DNA from: Malacoraja senta
Lineage: Eukaryota
Direction of reading: 5' to 3'
DNA: 64,000 nt
NCBI GenBank assembly: GCA_038087875.1
Contig: CM075985.1
Coordinates: 8,742,001 to 8,806,000, forward strand
Part shown: in pieces, positions 62,884 to 64,000 of the stretch
How the letters are laid out: each line of letters opens with the position of its first letter
How positions within the stretch are numbered: the stretch's first letter is position 1
Position numbers and translations under genes: made by a program
Notes under the pieces: generated by a model
Told to the model about the DNA's origin: nothing
Databases searched by the model: none
What the model saw: the letters and a program-made list of their open reading frames with translations, nothing else

Positions 62884-63330
62884 CTGGACAGAAAGTCAGG
62901 TCAAGTCAACAGGAACTCCAGAGGACCGAATCAACAAGTGGTTCACGCATTTTAAGAACCTGCTAGGGTCACCTCCAACTGTCACTGAGGAAGATGAGGA
63001 GATCGAGAGTGTCCTCGTGGATGTACAGATTCATGATGGCCCCTTCACCATGGAGGAGCTGCGAAAAGTGAAAATATCGCTGAAGCAAGGGAAGAGTCCA
63101 GGCCCTGATAACATCCCTCCAGAGGTTTTGAAAAACTGTGAACTCGACGACATCATGATCAAGTTCTGCAACACAGCGCTAATGACGATTGACAAGCCAA
63201 CACAGTGGTCACAATCCAACATCATCCCCGTCCCCAAATCTGGGAGCCTGAAGAAGACTGACAACTGTCGTGGCATCAGCCTGACATGTCCTTTGGCCAA
63301 GGTCTACAACCGCTTGATTCTCAACCAGCA
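62884..63330 (+). mobile_element. Internal RT-region fragment of an RTE/RTEX-like LINE, nested in an old LINE remnant (~62715-63510)
   Basis: Open frame PFTMEEL...LKQGKSPGPDNIPPEVLK...WSQSNIIPVPKSG...NCRGISLTCPLAKVYNRLILN. Confidence 0.75.
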
Positions 63331-64000
63331 TACAAATTGATAAATCTGAGGGTTATTTCCATGTGTCCAATACCCCTGTCCTTTTTGATTGTAGATATGG
63401 TTGCTTTGAGAGGTGGTGGCAGAGTAGCAGGCAGTGGGTAACTGCAGTGTTTTGTAAATGGACACACGGCAGCCACTGAGTGCTGGAGGTGGAGGAGAAT
63501 GAATGTTTATTCTTTTTTCAGATCTGCAATTTAAATCGGGCTTTTTGATTTTGGAATGTTTTCACCCTTGATTACCGACTGTCTCCAGCCTCCAATGTAC
63601 TTGCTCCAGCAGCAGTACCACGTTTGAAGCCTGAAGGCAAAAGCAAATAGTTATTTTGAAAAAAGCCATCAAACTATAATGGCAATGGAATCACACATCA
63701 GAAAAACTTCAATCAACTGTGAAACAATATGAAAACTACTTGGAATTGTTGGTGGTAAGCTTTGTAGTAATGATAAAAGAAAGAGCTTGAGTGGGGTTTA
63801 TGCCTTGTATCTGTGTGGGTGATTGTCGAAAATTACAATTGTCTAAAAAAATCAAAAGGATTTTAATATTTGATGGATGAATGTTCTCTTTTCAAAATAT
63901 AGCATTTTGGAATAATATCGAGATGGTTGCGAATATTAAAATCACTTTGTCTTGACCTAAACTGCATGGGTCGTTTACCTTGTTGACTCCATCATATTGG

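Noticed and set aside
47900-64000. Next SND1 exon (VWAHYEE...-like)
   Set aside because: Not found by eye; probably beyond the window.

Overview
Repeat-rich vertebrate genomic DNA. The TE families (HE1/V-type SINEs, HER1/CR1 LINEs, Rex1/Babar, Penelope) point to a cartilaginous fish, probably a skate or ray (inference). The only recognisable host coding sequence is one 189-nt + strand exon of SND1/Tudor-SN (47711-47899), so the whole window appears to lie in the two large introns flanking it. Those introns hold a nearly intact CR1 LINE (ORF2 broken by one stop codon) and two full-length Tc1 DD34E transposons, one of which reconstructs to an uninterrupted 339-aa transposase. They also hold MITEs, SINEs and many decayed LINE fragments. 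The most notable system is about 15 tiny Penelope-like element (PLE) derivatives carrying a minimal hammerhead-ribozyme motif. Many are built as inverted repeats (two young copies have perfect arms), have 9-19 bp target-site duplications (TSDs) and show a reproducible arm-end asymmetry. One has captured 29 nt of nearby genomic DNA in its loop. Ends of decayed repeats were placed by eye and are approximate.
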